A DNA stretch of 64,000 bases. Origin: Candidatus Daviesbacteria bacterium GW2011_GWA1_41_61 (GTDB lineage Bacteria > Patescibacteriota > Microgenomatia > Daviesbacterales > UBA10151). Under the pieces are notes generated by a model. It was not told where the DNA came from. It did no database searches and saw only the letters and a list, made by a program, of their open reading frames with translations. The stretch spans positions 177,493 to 241,492 of the forward strand of contig LCBT01000001.1 of the NCBI GenBank assembly GCA_000997385.1. Reading direction: 5' to 3'. This document shows, one piece after another, positions 40,071 to 50,848 of this stretch. The number at the start of each line of letters is the position of its first letter. The stretch's first letter is position 1. Position numbers and translations under genes: made by a program.

Positions 40071-43000
40071 CTATTTTAAAACTTCATAAATATCAACTTC
40101 GCGATTATTATAAATATGATCTAATCGTAACTTCTCTTTATCTAAAAAACTATTAAATATTTTTGGCAAGTAAATATACTTTATATTACTATCATTTAAA
40201 AATTTTCTCGACCACTCGGCATCTTTACCCCTAAAGAAATCCTGGGCCGAAACCAAACGTTTTTTATAATCATTTTGGAAAATCTCCTGCTGTATTTCAT
40301 CCTCTAGAAAAGTGGTTTTACCGGAAAAAGCTGATACATAGGAAGTGGTTTCATAGGCAAACAAAGGATAGGGCGCTTGAAATTTTTTTCTCAGGTTTTC
40401 ATCATAAGGATAAGTTACAACTACCCCATCAGGCTGCTTTTGAAGCCATTCTAAAGCTTCCAGCTCAGCAAAGCCTATACCAGAAGGTGGTTGTCCCTCA
40501 AAAGAACTTTTAAAGGTAGCAGCGCTACTGATTGGGGTAATAAGTAAGATAGCTGCCACTAAAGAGAAAGTAGTGATTCTAAAATAGTTATTACCAATTA
40601 GGTTCATTTTTCGTATAACATAGACAATAGTGACCGCAGAGGCCAAAGCAGTAAAATATAATAGATAGTAGAAAAACTGGATAGAATTCCAGTTATTTCC
40701 CTTCTGGATAAAAAGCAAAGGAATAACCAAAGAGAAAATGGATAACAAAAATATTAAGGAAAATTCTAAATTCTTCCAAATTTTTCTCTTTAAAAATGAT
40801 CCCACCACTCCAAAAGATAAAAATCTAGTCCCTAAATTCCCCACAATAAACAATCCTAAAGCCAAAGCTTCACTTGTAATAAATTTCAGCCATTCTCCTC
40901 TTTCAAAATAGGCCACTCTTGCCTGTGACAACTTAAGCCATCCTACCCTGTCGGAAAAATCAACCATCGAATGGACAAACCAAAAAGGAGAAAAGACTAA
41001 AAGCCCTCCCGCTCCACTGTTTTGAGGTAAAAAAACCACTAAAGAAAGTGCCGCTGAAGCAATAAAAACTAACAACAAAAATTTTTTCTTGGCAAAAATT
41101 AATTGCTGCAGGGAGATTAAGAATAAACTACCCAGCACTAAAAGTCCGGCATAAACTTTAAACTCAATAAGTGATCCAACCAACAAAACTAAGATCAGGC
41201 AGGTAATTTTACTACCTTGGTTAACTAAATGTCTAAAAAGCAAGACAATGGCTACCATCAATACTAGGGAAATGGCAAAGGGAGGGTTGAGGTTAAAAGA
41301 CACCGGCTGGTTAACCCAAAAAGTTGATTCTCCACCCCAGCTTTTACTTTTCAAATATTCCACAATCCAACCGAAACTCCCACCAAAATAAACAAAATAC
41401 AAAGAGGTTAAGGTTATTAACTTATTTTTAAATAACCGCGTCACTAAAAGGTAAGTACCTAAACCTAATAATAAAGAAAGTAGCAGCGGATAAAACCGGT
41501 ACAAAAGGTCTAATATCGGCACAGTAGAAATTTTGTTAGTCTGGGCCACTAATAGATCATAAAAATAATGGTAATTGTTTAATAATGTCCCTGAAAATGC
41601 TGGATTTTGAGGAGGAATCTCTTTGACTAACTGATTAACCAAGGCCTGATGCCAGATACCGTCATGTCCTGTTGGTCCTTGAAAGCCGATACCAAAATCA
41701 TAAACCCACCCGGAACGCATCATCCCCAAAGACTGAAAAATTATTCCCCCAATTATTATTGCGCCAGTTATTAAATAGCTTGGGGAAAGTATTTTCTTTA
41801 ATTGGCCAGTTACATCTACTTCTAGATAAACTCTCTTGATAAAAAAAACTGCTAAGGTTAAAAAAGGATAGATAAAGATTAACCATCCTAATTTCAGATA
41901 ACCTAGCAGATAGGAAAGTAAGGTGAGTAACACAAATCCTAAACAAATAGAGATGAATAATTTAAACATTGAGGACTCACTTTGAAGATACCGGGCAAGT
42001 AAAAATCCGGGAATAAATAAAACTCCTATCACAAAGAGCGCAAATTTTATAAACTGCCAGGATAAATTGACAGTTACACCGACAATATCGACAGACCGTT
42101 TATCCGTCAAACCTAAAGATCGGTAATCTGTACTTTCTTGGGAGTTAATAGCCTGAAGGATCAGCCCATCAATTGAAGATACTTTGCCGTCTATATCAAT
42201 ATCCCGGGGTAAAAATTTCACCTCTTTTCTTCTTCCTGCCTCATTAGTGTAACTTAAAAGATACTCCTCCCCGAATTTTTTAATATCTAAACCACTAATT
42301 TTACCTTCATCTAAAACTAATCTTCTGCCGTAAGTCACATCATCTAAAACCCGGGTGGGGAAAGTGGCAAAATTTAACTGCTGACAAGATTTTAAAAGAC
42401 AAATTTCCTCTTGCCCCTCCACATATTGGCGGATATCCCGAAATAAGCTGCCATCCTTATTATAAAACCAACCAGCCCGGTAATAAGGATTCATAAACCA
42501 GACTGATTTTTGGGATGATTCTTTAGGATCATCAGCGATAATAATCTGTTCTGGAGAAATATCAGGAAATTGTTCCTTGTACCACTTAGCAAAGTCACTC
42601 ATAATAACAAGTTTTAATTGACCTGATTGTCTTTTACTGGCTAAAAATTTCATCTGTTGGCTATACTCTGGACCGTATTTTGGCCAAGAATAAGAATTTT
42701 CTAGTCCTACCACCACCTGATTTACCTGGTTAAATTTCTGATTGGTATAAAGATCGATCAACTTAGAAAAATAATTTATATCTAAATTGTGATAATCGAT
42801 ATAATCGTTGGCCTGAAGGCTATAAGTGCTTTCTTGCACTCCATCACCATAACCGTTAATCGGATCACGAGAGGCCCATTGCATCATCACCACTGGTAAT
42901 TTGCTATCTTTGTTCTGGGCTGGAAATAAAGCATTAACCTTAGAAGGGTAATATGGAGTGGACCAATATTGTCCCCAGATTTGATAATTATCAGTAGTAT

Positions 43001-43550
43001 ATTGATCGGCTACAATTAAGGCTGCCTCAATTTGGTATTTTTTTTCCATATAATCCAGAGAATAAGCATCAATCCACCAAGCCCCAACAGACTTAGGATA
43101 AAAACCAAAAACATTTTTGAAGTTACCAAAAGCGCTGTCAATTAATTTTTCCCTTTCAGCTATCTCATAACCGATCAAAAAGACACTGCCCGCATAATGC
43201 CAGCTTTCTGACTGACGGTAACTGACTCCAGCTTCCTTGTTCCAATTGGGGGTTATCTCTAAAAAGAGGCCAACCTCATCAGCAGGAGACGCTGATTTGA
43301 CTATCTTGACTAAATCTGGATCTTTTAAAACATCAAAACGGACCAGCCAAGTGGCAGGAATATTTTGCTGCCTTAAAATTTCCATTTGCCCCAAAATAGC
43401 CTCAGAAGGTTTTTGATCTTCCATCTCCCAAAAGTCCGATCCCCGGACAGGATTTACTACTGAAACAAAGGAGTTATTTTGAGCCTCAACTAAATCCGTG
43501 TTCATTAAAAACAATAAAGATATGATTAAAAAAACTAAATATTTAACCAC
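40071..43550 (-). CDS. Fusion: extracytoplasmic polysaccharide deacetylase/GH57-like barrel domain + GT-C-like membrane domain
   Basis: N-terminal signal/TM, IPATWL, EVGLFLE, FGFYPKSVGAWWID, TDNYQIWG..PYYPS; C-terminal GHDGIWH..NPP..IEFKVYAG. Confidence 0.72.
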   Translation of the reverse strand: MVKYLVFLIISLLFLMNTDLVEAQNNSFVSVVNPVRGSDFWEMEDQKPSEAILGQMEILRQQNIPATWLVRFDVLKDPDLVKIVKSASPADEVGLFLEITPNWNKEAGVSYRQSESWHYAGSVFLIGYEIAEREKLIDSAFGNFKNVFGFYPKSVGAWWIDAYSLDYMEKKYQIEAALIVADQYTTDNYQIWGQYWSTPYYPSKVNALFPAQNKDSKLPVVMMQWASRDPINGYGDGVQESTYSLQANDYIDYHNLDINYFSKLIDLYTNQKFNQVNQVVVGLENSYSWPKYGPEYSQQMKFLASKRQSGQLKLVIMSDFAKWYKEQFPDISPEQIIIADDPKESSQKSVWFMNPYYRAGWFYNKDGSLFRDIRQYVEGQEEICLLKSCQQLNFATFPTRVLDDVTYGRRLVLDEGKISGLDIKKFGEEYLLSYTNEAGRRKEVKFLPRDIDIDGKVSSIDGLILQAINSQESTDYRSLGLTDKRSVDIVGVTVNLSWQFIKFALFVIGVLFIPGFLLARYLQSESSMFKLFISICLGFVLLTLLSYLLGYLKLGWLIFIYPFLTLAVFFIKRVYLEVDVTGQLKKILSPSYLITGAIIIGGIIFQSLGMMRSGWVYDFGIGFQGPTGHDGIWHQALVNQLVKEIPPQNPAFSGTLLNNYHYFYDLLVAQTNKISTVPILDLLYRFYPLLLSLLLGLGTYLLVTRLFKNKLITLTSLYFVYFGGSFGWIVEYLKSKSWGGESTFWVNQPVSFNLNPPFAISLVLMVAIVLLFRHLVNQGSKITCLILVLLVGSLIEFKVYAGLLVLGSLFLISLQQLIFAKKKFLLLVFIASAALSLVVFLPQNSGAGGLLVFSPFWFVHSMVDFSDRVGWLKLSQARVAYFERGEWLKFITSEALALGLFIVGNLGTRFLSFGVVGSFLKRKIWKNLEFSLIFLLSIFSLVIPLLFIQKGNNWNSIQFFYYLLYFTALASAVTIVYVIRKMNLIGNNYFRITTFSLVAAILLITPISSAATFKSSFEGQPPSGIGFAELEALEWLQKQPDGVVVTYPYDENLRKKFQAPYPLFAYETTSYVSAFSGKTTFLEDEIQQEIFQNDYKKRLVSAQDFFRGKDAEWSRKFLNDSNIKYIYLPKIFNSFLDKEKLRLDHIYNNREVDIYEVLK

Positions 43551-44991
43551 TTTTAAGACTCCTCAGATCAGCTAATAATACTTTCCCCTTAAAAGAAATG
43601 ACTAAAGCATAAACTATAATCCCTAAAGTGACAGCTAATATCAGAGTAAAAACGTCCCGGACAAAATTTTGGGCAAATAAGTAAACAGTGCCAGCCATAA
43701 CTGACGAGGCCACCACTGGCCAGGCTAGAGCGTTTAAAACCCGCACCACTAAAACTCTTTTTACTAAGATAACGGGCAGGAGGGAGGTAAAAGATATCAC
43801 AAATGAAGCCAAAGCCACACCCAGATATCCATATTTTAAAACTAACAGCGGGGTTAAGACCCAAGTAGAAACCGTCCACAAAATCATCAATTTTAAAGTC
43901 GTCTTAATATGCCCAATGGCATTTAAGGTATTGGTAAAGGTAGTTGAGATAACCGCCCAAAAGGTGGAAAAAGCAAAAAAGTAAAAACCGAGTAGTGCTG
44001 GCTGCCACTTAGAAGAGATAACGTAGGTGACTAAAGAAGGCAAAATTGCTGCCAGCCCAAACAACGCTGGATAAACCAGCAGAGCAGTAACAAAAAGTGA
44101 TTTTTCCACAGCCCGGCCTAAATTGTCTTTATTCCCCTGTAATCTGGAAAAGGCCGGAAAAGAGATCCGGATAATAATATTCATCATCTCTAAAGGCAAA
44201 AAGGCCATATTTTGAGCCCAAGTGATAAAACCTATTCCCAATGGTCCAACCATCCCCGCCACCACCAAGGGAACTAATCTATCCTTCACCAAAGCTAGCA
44301 AGCTGTTAGCCTGAAAAGGCAAACCAAAGGTTAAAAGTTTTTTGGCGGCGGTTTTTTCGATTCCTAAGCTTAACTTTACCGGAGCCAAAATATAAATCAG
44401 TGAGGTGCCACTCAATCCTCTGGCTAAAGCAGCGATGGAAAAGCTCCAAATTCCTAAGTTAGCTAAAACAGTAATAATCAGCAACCCGTTAAAAATTAAG
44501 GTTTCGACGATTTCTACCGCCACTAAAGGCTGAAACCTTAGCTCCCTCTCCAATAAGACTGCCGGCACTACTTTTAAAGATGATAGCAAAAACGATATTC
44601 CTAACACCCGTACCAACCAAACACCGGCCTCATCTAAACTATAAATCTGGCCAATGAGGGGGGCTCCCAAAATAACTATTAAGCTTATACTGAGCACTAA
44701 AAGCTGCTGGATAGTAAAGACTGTTTTAATATCATCTTGGGTAATATCTTCTTTCTTTTGAATCAAGGAAGCAGCAAGTCCAATATCAGAAAAAAAAGCC
44801 AAAAAGACAATCACTGCAGTAGCAATATTAAAAATACCTAAAGTTTCTACCGGCAGAGTTCTGGCTAAAATAACATTTAAGGTAACAAAACTAATAGCCC
44901 GCAGGGCTATTTGCCGGGCTGTCAAACTCATAAACGAAGAGGCAGCTCTCTTTTTAATCTCTGATAAAGATAAAGATTGTCCTTCTTTCAT
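43543..44991 (-). CDS. Wzx (WzxC-like) oligosaccharide flippase
   Basis: FSDIGLAASLIQ, LERELRF, FPAFSRLQ, KWQPA. Confidence 0.9.
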   Translation of the reverse strand: MKEGQSLSLSEIKKRAASSFMSLTARQIALRAISFVTLNVILARTLPVETLGIFNIATAVIVFLAFFSDIGLAASLIQKKEDITQDDIKTVFTIQQLLVLSISLIVILGAPLIGQIYSLDEAGVWLVRVLGISFLLSSLKVVPAVLLERELRFQPLVAVEIVETLIFNGLLIITVLANLGIWSFSIAALARGLSGTSLIYILAPVKLSLGIEKTAAKKLLTFGLPFQANSLLALVKDRLVPLVVAGMVGPLGIGFITWAQNMAFLPLEMMNIIIRISFPAFSRLQGNKDNLGRAVEKSLFVTALLVYPALFGLAAILPSLVTYVISSKWQPALLGFYFFAFSTFWAVISTTFTNTLNAIGHIKTTLKLMILWTVSTWVLTPLLVLKYGYLGVALASFVISFTSLLPVILVKRVLVVRVLNALAWPVVASSVMAGTVYLFAQNFVRDVFTLILAVTLGIIVYALVISFKGKVLLADLRSLKSG

Positions 44992-44994
44992 AAT

Positions 44995-46233
44995 TTATCT
45001 AAATAAACCATTTAAGTAATAAGACAACCAACGGCGTAGCGGCTGTATTTGAACTATCACTCCAGCCAAATATAGAAAAAAGCCCAAACCTGTTGCTAAG
45101 TTAGCTAAATCTCTGACAGGAGTATCAAACAGCCTAGCCTCAACATTGTGCTTGCCTGGCCCCAAGATAAAAGTAATGAGTCCCAAGCTGTTATCCTTAT
45201 AGCTTATCTCTGCCTCTTTGCCGTCAACTAAAACTCTCCAGTTTGGAAAATAGAATTGTGACAGCCTGATAATAGAGTGCGTTTTAGTCTCAGTTTTAAA
45301 AGAGATCCAATTAGTGCCAGACTGATAGTCTGCAATTTGAGATTCTCCCGTTAAGACCTGATAGCGGGGGATTGTTGGCTTGACTGAAGATTCTTCAACT
45401 GAAGACGGCAAAAAATCTGCTCCTGACCGCTCAATCCGATAGATGTATCCTAAGCCACTTTCACCAGAACGGACATAATCTCGTTCTAAAATTAGGGGTA
45501 CAATATAAAAAGAAGCCAGTAGTAAGCTTAACACTAAAGAAGCCAGGCTTAATTTGAACAGTTTAAAATTTGAGTGTAACGAAAATTTCAAGCTCTGCTT
45601 AAAATCCCTTCTGCTTAAAAGAGTGGATAGAAGAAACACCACCGAGGCCGGCAAAAATAACATTGCGATAATATGATGAGAAAGAACCGATATTGCTGCA
45701 ACTAAAGATAATATTAAAACACTACCTTCGGCAGGGATACAAATCAAACGCCTTAAAGCCCACACTAAAGCCGGAATCAAAGCTAATACCGCGATTTCCC
45801 CTAAAGAACCGGTTCCTCCATAGATTACTACTGCAGAGGACACCAAACTATAAAAAATGCCCAGAAAAACCTTTTTCTTAGCAGTCCAAAATTTTGGGGC
45901 CATCAGATAGACAAAAAGATAAGCCACCAAACCAAAAAGAGAAAAGGTAACTCTGACTGCTAAAAGAAAGCTGTGGGTAAGAAGATAGCCCGCTTCCCCC
46001 AGATAATAAGGCAAAGGCGCGTAGTAATTAAATAGGGGATAACCGTACATTTGACCTAAATCAGGAACCCAGCGGCAGGGGATCTGACCATCGCGCAGGC
46101 ATTTATCGATCTGATAAACCCGCATGGTCTGATTGTAGCTGGTTTTAATAAAATAAGGAGAAAAGGTCAAAGCCAAAAACAACACCAAAGTGAATAAAAA
46201 TCCTATCAAAAAAGATCTGTTTTTAAGCATCAT
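44995..46233 (-). CDS. PTPS-related (YfhO-like) membrane protein, shortened paralog
   Basis: Start revised to ATG 46233 or 46230. GQIPCRWVPD..GYPLFNYY and FYFPNW present; DD motif and FPWRF segment of the neighbours absent. Confidence 0.72.
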   Translation of the reverse strand: MMLKNRSFLIGFLFTLVLFLALTFSPYFIKTSYNQTMRVYQIDKCLRDGQIPCRWVPDLGQMYGYPLFNYYAPLPYYLGEAGYLLTHSFLLAVRVTFSLFGLVAYLFVYLMAPKFWTAKKKVFLGIFYSLVSSAVVIYGGTGSLGEIAVLALIPALVWALRRLICIPAEGSVLILSLVAAISVLSHHIIAMLFLPASVVFLLSTLLSRRDFKQSLKFSLHSNFKLFKLSLASLVLSLLLASFYIVPLILERDYVRSGESGLGYIYRIERSGADFLPSSVEESSVKPTIPRYQVLTGESQIADYQSGTNWISFKTETKTHSIIRLSQFYFPNWRVLVDGKEAEISYKDNSLGLITFILGPGKHNVEARLFDTPVRDLANLATGLGFFLYLAGVIVQIQPLRRWLSYYLNGLFR

Positions 46234-46237
46234 CGAA

Positions 46238-47494
46238 TTAAGAATCGGCTTTCTTGGGAAAAAAATGATAGATAAAATACAACGCCCCTCCGGCAAATCC
46301 GGTCTGAAGCAGACTGCGGGCAAAATTATAATCCGGGTTAATACTTAAAATCTTCCAGATTGATGGGGAATTATAAAGAGAGCTGTTAAGTGGTGAAAAA
46401 AGTCCCAATGATAACCCGGGATCAAAGAAAAAAATCATTCCCGCAAAAGTGACCATCATAATGGCAGCCGGAAGGATAGATAAAGATGCTTCTTTCACTA
46501 AGCTTAGTATTATAAAGGGTGCCAGCCATAAAAACCACTGGGGATGGAAATGGGTAAAGATAAAGAAGGGTATCAAGGCGATAAAAAAGCGTTGCCAGAG
46601 ATTCTCTACTCGAGCCGGGATGGTTAACATTACTAAGTAGAGAAAGGTCAGTAATATTAAAAAAAGGAAGATGGCTTCACCGCCGGAAACGGCTATTTGA
46701 GGGTATAAACTTTTAAGAGTTTGGTTGGCTACTAAAGCTGTAGAGCGAAAACCGAAAGAGTGAATAAAAGGTAAAATAGTCACAAGATATGGCAGCAAAC
46801 CTAAAGTCACCACACCGACTCTTTCCTTCCAACTAGTAGCTAAGGAGGCTAAAGGGATTAAAAAGAAAAGAGGATAAATCTTAAAGGAAGCTCCAGCACC
46901 CAAAAGCAGCGCACTCAACAGTAAATTCTTAAGCCCCCTCCCCTTTTGCCTTAGTACCAGATATAAAGCCAAGGTCGAAAAGAAAACGGGAATAACATCA
47001 AATTGGCCCATCATATAAGTAGCATAGAGATTGACCGGATTAAATATCCATAAAGTAAAGGCTAAAAATTTCTCTTTTGGTGAATCAAAAAACTTAGCCA
47101 GTAGAAAAGCCAGGGGAAGGTCAAAAAGAAGGTATGGAATTTTTAAGAGTAATAAATGTAGGTAAAGTTGTGATTGCCCTAAGACCTGTGCCACATCAAC
47201 TAGGAAGTTTAAATGGAAAGAAGGATTTATCCAACCTACGGTGAGCCAGCTAAAGCCTCCTAAGAAGAAATAAACCATGGGAGGATAGTTAAAAGGATAG
47301 GCAGGATAAGTCTTTACAATAGGATCACCCGCAGAAAGACCAGATACAAAATCATAAAAGTTTAAAAGATTACCCCCTCCGATAACATAACCTGCCAAAT
47401 CAAGGTGTCGGATATCGGAATGATAAGTGATGGCACCCAAAGTAAGGCGCAAAATCAAACCAACAGTTAATACTATCCAAAACTTTTGACTCAT
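46238..47494 (-). CDS. GT-C glycosyltransferase (GT87/PIG-M-like)
   Basis: HSD, NYPP, LLKIPY..D, FNP..GQFD, FKIYP, HPQW. Confidence 0.8.
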   Translation of the reverse strand: MSQKFWIVLTVGLILRLTLGAITYHSDIRHLDLAGYVIGGGNLLNFYDFVSGLSAGDPIVKTYPAYPFNYPPMVYFFLGGFSWLTVGWINPSFHLNFLVDVAQVLGQSQLYLHLLLLKIPYLLFDLPLAFLLAKFFDSPKEKFLAFTLWIFNPVNLYATYMMGQFDVIPVFFSTLALYLVLRQKGRGLKNLLLSALLLGAGASFKIYPLFFLIPLASLATSWKERVGVVTLGLLPYLVTILPFIHSFGFRSTALVANQTLKSLYPQIAVSGGEAIFLFLILLTFLYLVMLTIPARVENLWQRFFIALIPFFIFTHFHPQWFLWLAPFIILSLVKEASLSILPAAIMMVTFAGMIFFFDPGLSLGLFSPLNSSLYNSPSIWKILSINPDYNFARSLLQTGFAGGALYFIYHFFPKKADS

Positions 47495-47502
47495 TTAGAA
47501 AA

Positions 47503-49188
47503 TTATAACTTAAATTTCTTAAAATGGGGATTTAAAATCCACCATAAAGCTAGCAGTAACCCTGATAAAGACATGATATCTAAAACCTTTTTAAAGTTGG
47601 TTTCAGTAAAACTAATTTTTACCTGATGCTCCCCGGGAGGGACTTTTAGAGTAATCTGGCCAAAGGGTTTCCCAGGGATAATAGCTGCTTGCTGCCCATC
47701 AATTTCTGCCTGCCAACCAGGAAAGAAATACTTATTGAAGTTAATTATCATTGGATTCAAAGCAGAAGTCTCAATTACAACATCAAGCTCACTTCTCTTA
47801 ATAATATTTTTAATGTCCCCGCCCTTGGCACTAACCAGGGGATAATTTTTATCGGGACGCAGTTGGGTATCTTTAGGCAGCCTAAAATATTCTTCTTGTA
47901 TCTGTAAATATTCTTCATTGGCTACTGGTACAGGAATATAGCGTTTCAGATAATAATCATCTCCTCTTCCTAAAAAATCTTCCGGCCGGAAATTACTAAT
48001 ATTTAAAACTATCACCAGCCCAATAAGGGTTGCCGTCATAATCTTAGGTCTTCCTAATTTACCTAAGGTCATGATTAAAAGAGGCGTTATAAAAGTCACC
48101 ATTATTAAAAACCTCCAAGGAAACTGAAAATAGGGGAGGAGGGGTAAATTTTGCCAAAGAGGAGACGAGCGGTGGTTCATCATCATTACAGAAACCGCTA
48201 AGACCAGATAAGCCCAGATCAAAACCACTTTTTCTCCGGGGGAAAACCTCCTCCAAGAAATCGCCAGGATTGGCACTCCTATAATTACTAAACCTAGGTT
48301 GATGGTCCCGATAAAGAAAGGCATCCCATCGTAAGGCCCTGGCACTGAAGCTCCATACCCCCAGTGAGGGGTAATTAGCTGCCTAAGTGTGGGAAAGTGA
48401 TCGACAAAATTAAAAACCGTATCGTATTTCATAAGAACACTTTCCACTATCGCCGGCAGCCAAAAGTAAAGGCTGATTAAAAGACCTAAGAAGACAGTTA
48501 ACATCAGCCCGACTAGACTGAACCATTTTTTAGTCTGTAAAAAGATTCTTAAAAACCCCAGTAAGAAAATAAAAGGCAAAAACATATAAGCGGTGATATT
48601 GTGCGACAGCACTAGGGAAGAGAAGGCCACCCCCCCAATACCCAGCCAACGGTAATTAATCCGTTTAGAATTTTCCACTGATGTCAACTTCACCACTGAT
48701 AAGGCAACCAGGGGTAAGATCGCAAAGGAGACTATCTCCCCGATGGCCCCCCGAATATAGAGATCCACTGCCCGGTAAGGGGTGTAAACATAGATTAAAG
48801 CTCCGGCTAAAGCAAGCCCGCGGTTTTTAACTAACTCTTTAAGCAACCAATACATTCCCAAAGCAGACAAGATAATACTTATAAAAAAGACAGCCTTAAT
48901 ACTATCTACCAACCCTAGACTTAAAAGATGAAAAATTTCTGCTATATAAAAGGGTAAGGGGAATAAAAAATTAAACAAAGGGTAGCTAAAACCAAAACTT
49001 AAATCAGGGGCCAGGCGGGGAGGAATTTGTCCCATGGAAATCGCCCGGTCCATCTGATGAAACCAGCCAATATGCATATCATCGGAAGCTCCATAAAAAC
49101 CAGGCACTAAAAGGGCCCATCCTGCAGGTAATGATAATAAAATCACCCAAACCCAAGTTTTAGTGAAAAATTCTTTGACGTTTTCCAT
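47503..49188 (-). CDS. PTPS-related / YfhO-like GT-C membrane protein
   Basis: Start probably ATG 49188. SDDMH, GQIPPR, PYRAVDLYIRGAIGE, SHN, QFPWRFL, YFFPGW. Confidence 0.82.
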   Translation of the reverse strand: MENVKEFFTKTWVWVILLSLPAGWALLVPGFYGASDDMHIGWFHQMDRAISMGQIPPRLAPDLSFGFSYPLFNFLFPLPFYIAEIFHLLSLGLVDSIKAVFFISIILSALGMYWLLKELVKNRGLALAGALIYVYTPYRAVDLYIRGAIGEIVSFAILPLVALSVVKLTSVENSKRINYRWLGIGGVAFSSLVLSHNITAYMFLPFIFLLGFLRIFLQTKKWFSLVGLMLTVFLGLLISLYFWLPAIVESVLMKYDTVFNFVDHFPTLRQLITPHWGYGASVPGPYDGMPFFIGTINLGLVIIGVPILAISWRRFSPGEKVVLIWAYLVLAVSVMMMNHRSSPLWQNLPLLPYFQFPWRFLIMVTFITPLLIMTLGKLGRPKIMTATLIGLVIVLNISNFRPEDFLGRGDDYYLKRYIPVPVANEEYLQIQEEYFRLPKDTQLRPDKNYPLVSAKGGDIKNIIKRSELDVVIETSALNPMIINFNKYFFPGWQAEIDGQQAAIIPGKPFGQITLKVPPGEHQVKISFTETNFKKVLDIMSLSGLLLALWWILNPHFKKFKL

Positions 49189-50848
49189 ACCAGGCAACTC
49201 CCCCGGTTATCAAAAGTGAAATCAATGTTATTATATTACCCAAGTTTCTAATTGGGGTATTCGTTAATTTCCCAGCCACTTGATATTCTCCGGGCTGTAA
49301 ATCAATCATCACCCGGCCCATTAAATTATCATGAGAGTAGGGAAACTTTTGTCCATTGACTGTCACTTGCCACACCGGAAAATCAAAAACCGGTATTTCC
49401 ACCACTGCTTTCTCAGAAACATTTATGGAAAAATTCCAGCGGTTGGAGCGGTTGTCAAAATCTCCCAATGTAACTTGACCGGACACAATGATTGGTCTGT
49501 TAGGAGCTCTCTCTTGAGGTTCATAGGCTGTTTTGGGAAGGTAATCCAAAATGCTGGCTTTTTGCTGAGTCTCCCACATCTCTCCTGACAACTTTTTCCG
49601 GTCAGTCAGTGTTGGGAAAAAGTGCTCCGGTTTAAAAAAACTCCAATTTAAGGCCATGGTGGAAACTATTATTAAAACCAGTACCACTTTTTTGGCCCGA
49701 CCTGCCAGGATCAATATAAGGGCTCCTCCCAAAAGGCTGGCAGAAAAAATAGCCAGTGACAGGAAACGCCAGGGGAATTGAAAGAAGCGCAAAAGGCCGA
49801 TGGCTTCCCAGACAAAAGCTGATCTATTATGGGTCATAAAAACTGACATTAAAAATGCTAAGGCCAGCAGGATGATTAAGATGAAACCTCTGGCCGGCAG
49901 CTTGTTTAAAAAATCTTTTTTAACCAGCCAACCTAAAAGACCTAAAACTACCGCTGCCGGCACTAGCCACCAATGAGGCCAACCGATTTGAAAAGACAAA
50001 CTATCAAAAGGACCGGGGATTGAAGCCCCATACCCGAAGCTGCGGTCAAAAAACAGCTGCCCGACAGTTACAAAATGCGCCCTAAAATTTAAATCCATTC
50101 TGGTTAAAGTGTCTGTTCGTACTAAAGAAGTTTCCACAAAGGCCGGCAGAAGAAAAAAAGAGGCCAGACCAAAACCTAAAAGTAAACTGAAAACTGTTGT
50201 CTTAAGGTGAGCCCATTTTTGAATCCATAAAAACAAGACCCCCCAGATAAAAATTACCGGCACAAAAAGCAAGGTCATAATATTGTGGGTAGTTAAAAAA
50301 GCTGCCGAGGACAAACTTAAGCCTAAAAAATTTCTTTGGGAGGGCTTTTTGATAAGTCTCAGCAGAAAGTAAAAAACCAGCGGGATTAAAGCCAAAGCAA
50401 AACTTTCTGCCACTGCTCCCCGCACATAAGCGTCTAAAGCCCGGTAAGGAGCAAAAAGGTACAAAGCAGCAGCTGTAATACCGCTTAATCTCCCCCACAG
50501 TTGCCTGGCTAAAAGATACATCGTGACTCCCCCAGCCACCAAGGGAATTAAAAATAAAGCTTTGGCTGCGCCCAGATAGCCTAAAATATAGCTTAAGATT
50601 GCACCCAAATAGTAAGGGAAAACACTATAGTAGTTAAACAACGGGAAGCCGTTACCATACCCCATATCAGGTACCCACCGGCAGGGGATCTGCAGATCTT
50701 CCAGACACTTTCTCATCTCAAAAATCCTCATCACCTGCAGATCGTCATGGTGAGAAAAAAACCCCGGCAAAAACAAGGGCCAACTGACCAAAACAAAGGA
50801 CAGGGTAAAGAAAATTACCAACCAATATTTAGCGATGATTTTTAGCAT
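49160..50848 (-). CDS. PTPS-related / YfhO-like GT-C membrane protein
   Basis: HDDLQ, QIPCRWVPD, PYRALDAYVRGAVAE, THN, QFPWRFL. Confidence 0.85.
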   Translation of the reverse strand: MLKIIAKYWLVIFFTLSFVLVSWPLFLPGFFSHHDDLQVMRIFEMRKCLEDLQIPCRWVPDMGYGNGFPLFNYYSVFPYYLGAILSYILGYLGAAKALFLIPLVAGGVTMYLLARQLWGRLSGITAAALYLFAPYRALDAYVRGAVAESFALALIPLVFYFLLRLIKKPSQRNFLGLSLSSAAFLTTHNIMTLLFVPVIFIWGVLFLWIQKWAHLKTTVFSLLLGFGLASFFLLPAFVETSLVRTDTLTRMDLNFRAHFVTVGQLFFDRSFGYGASIPGPFDSLSFQIGWPHWWLVPAAVVLGLLGWLVKKDFLNKLPARGFILIILLALAFLMSVFMTHNRSAFVWEAIGLLRFFQFPWRFLSLAIFSASLLGGALILILAGRAKKVVLVLIIVSTMALNWSFFKPEHFFPTLTDRKKLSGEMWETQQKASILDYLPKTAYEPQERAPNRPIIVSGQVTLGDFDNRSNRWNFSINVSEKAVVEIPVFDFPVWQVTVNGQKFPYSHDNLMGRVMIDLQPGEYQVAGKLTNTPIRNLGNIITLISLLITGGVAWYGKRQRIFH

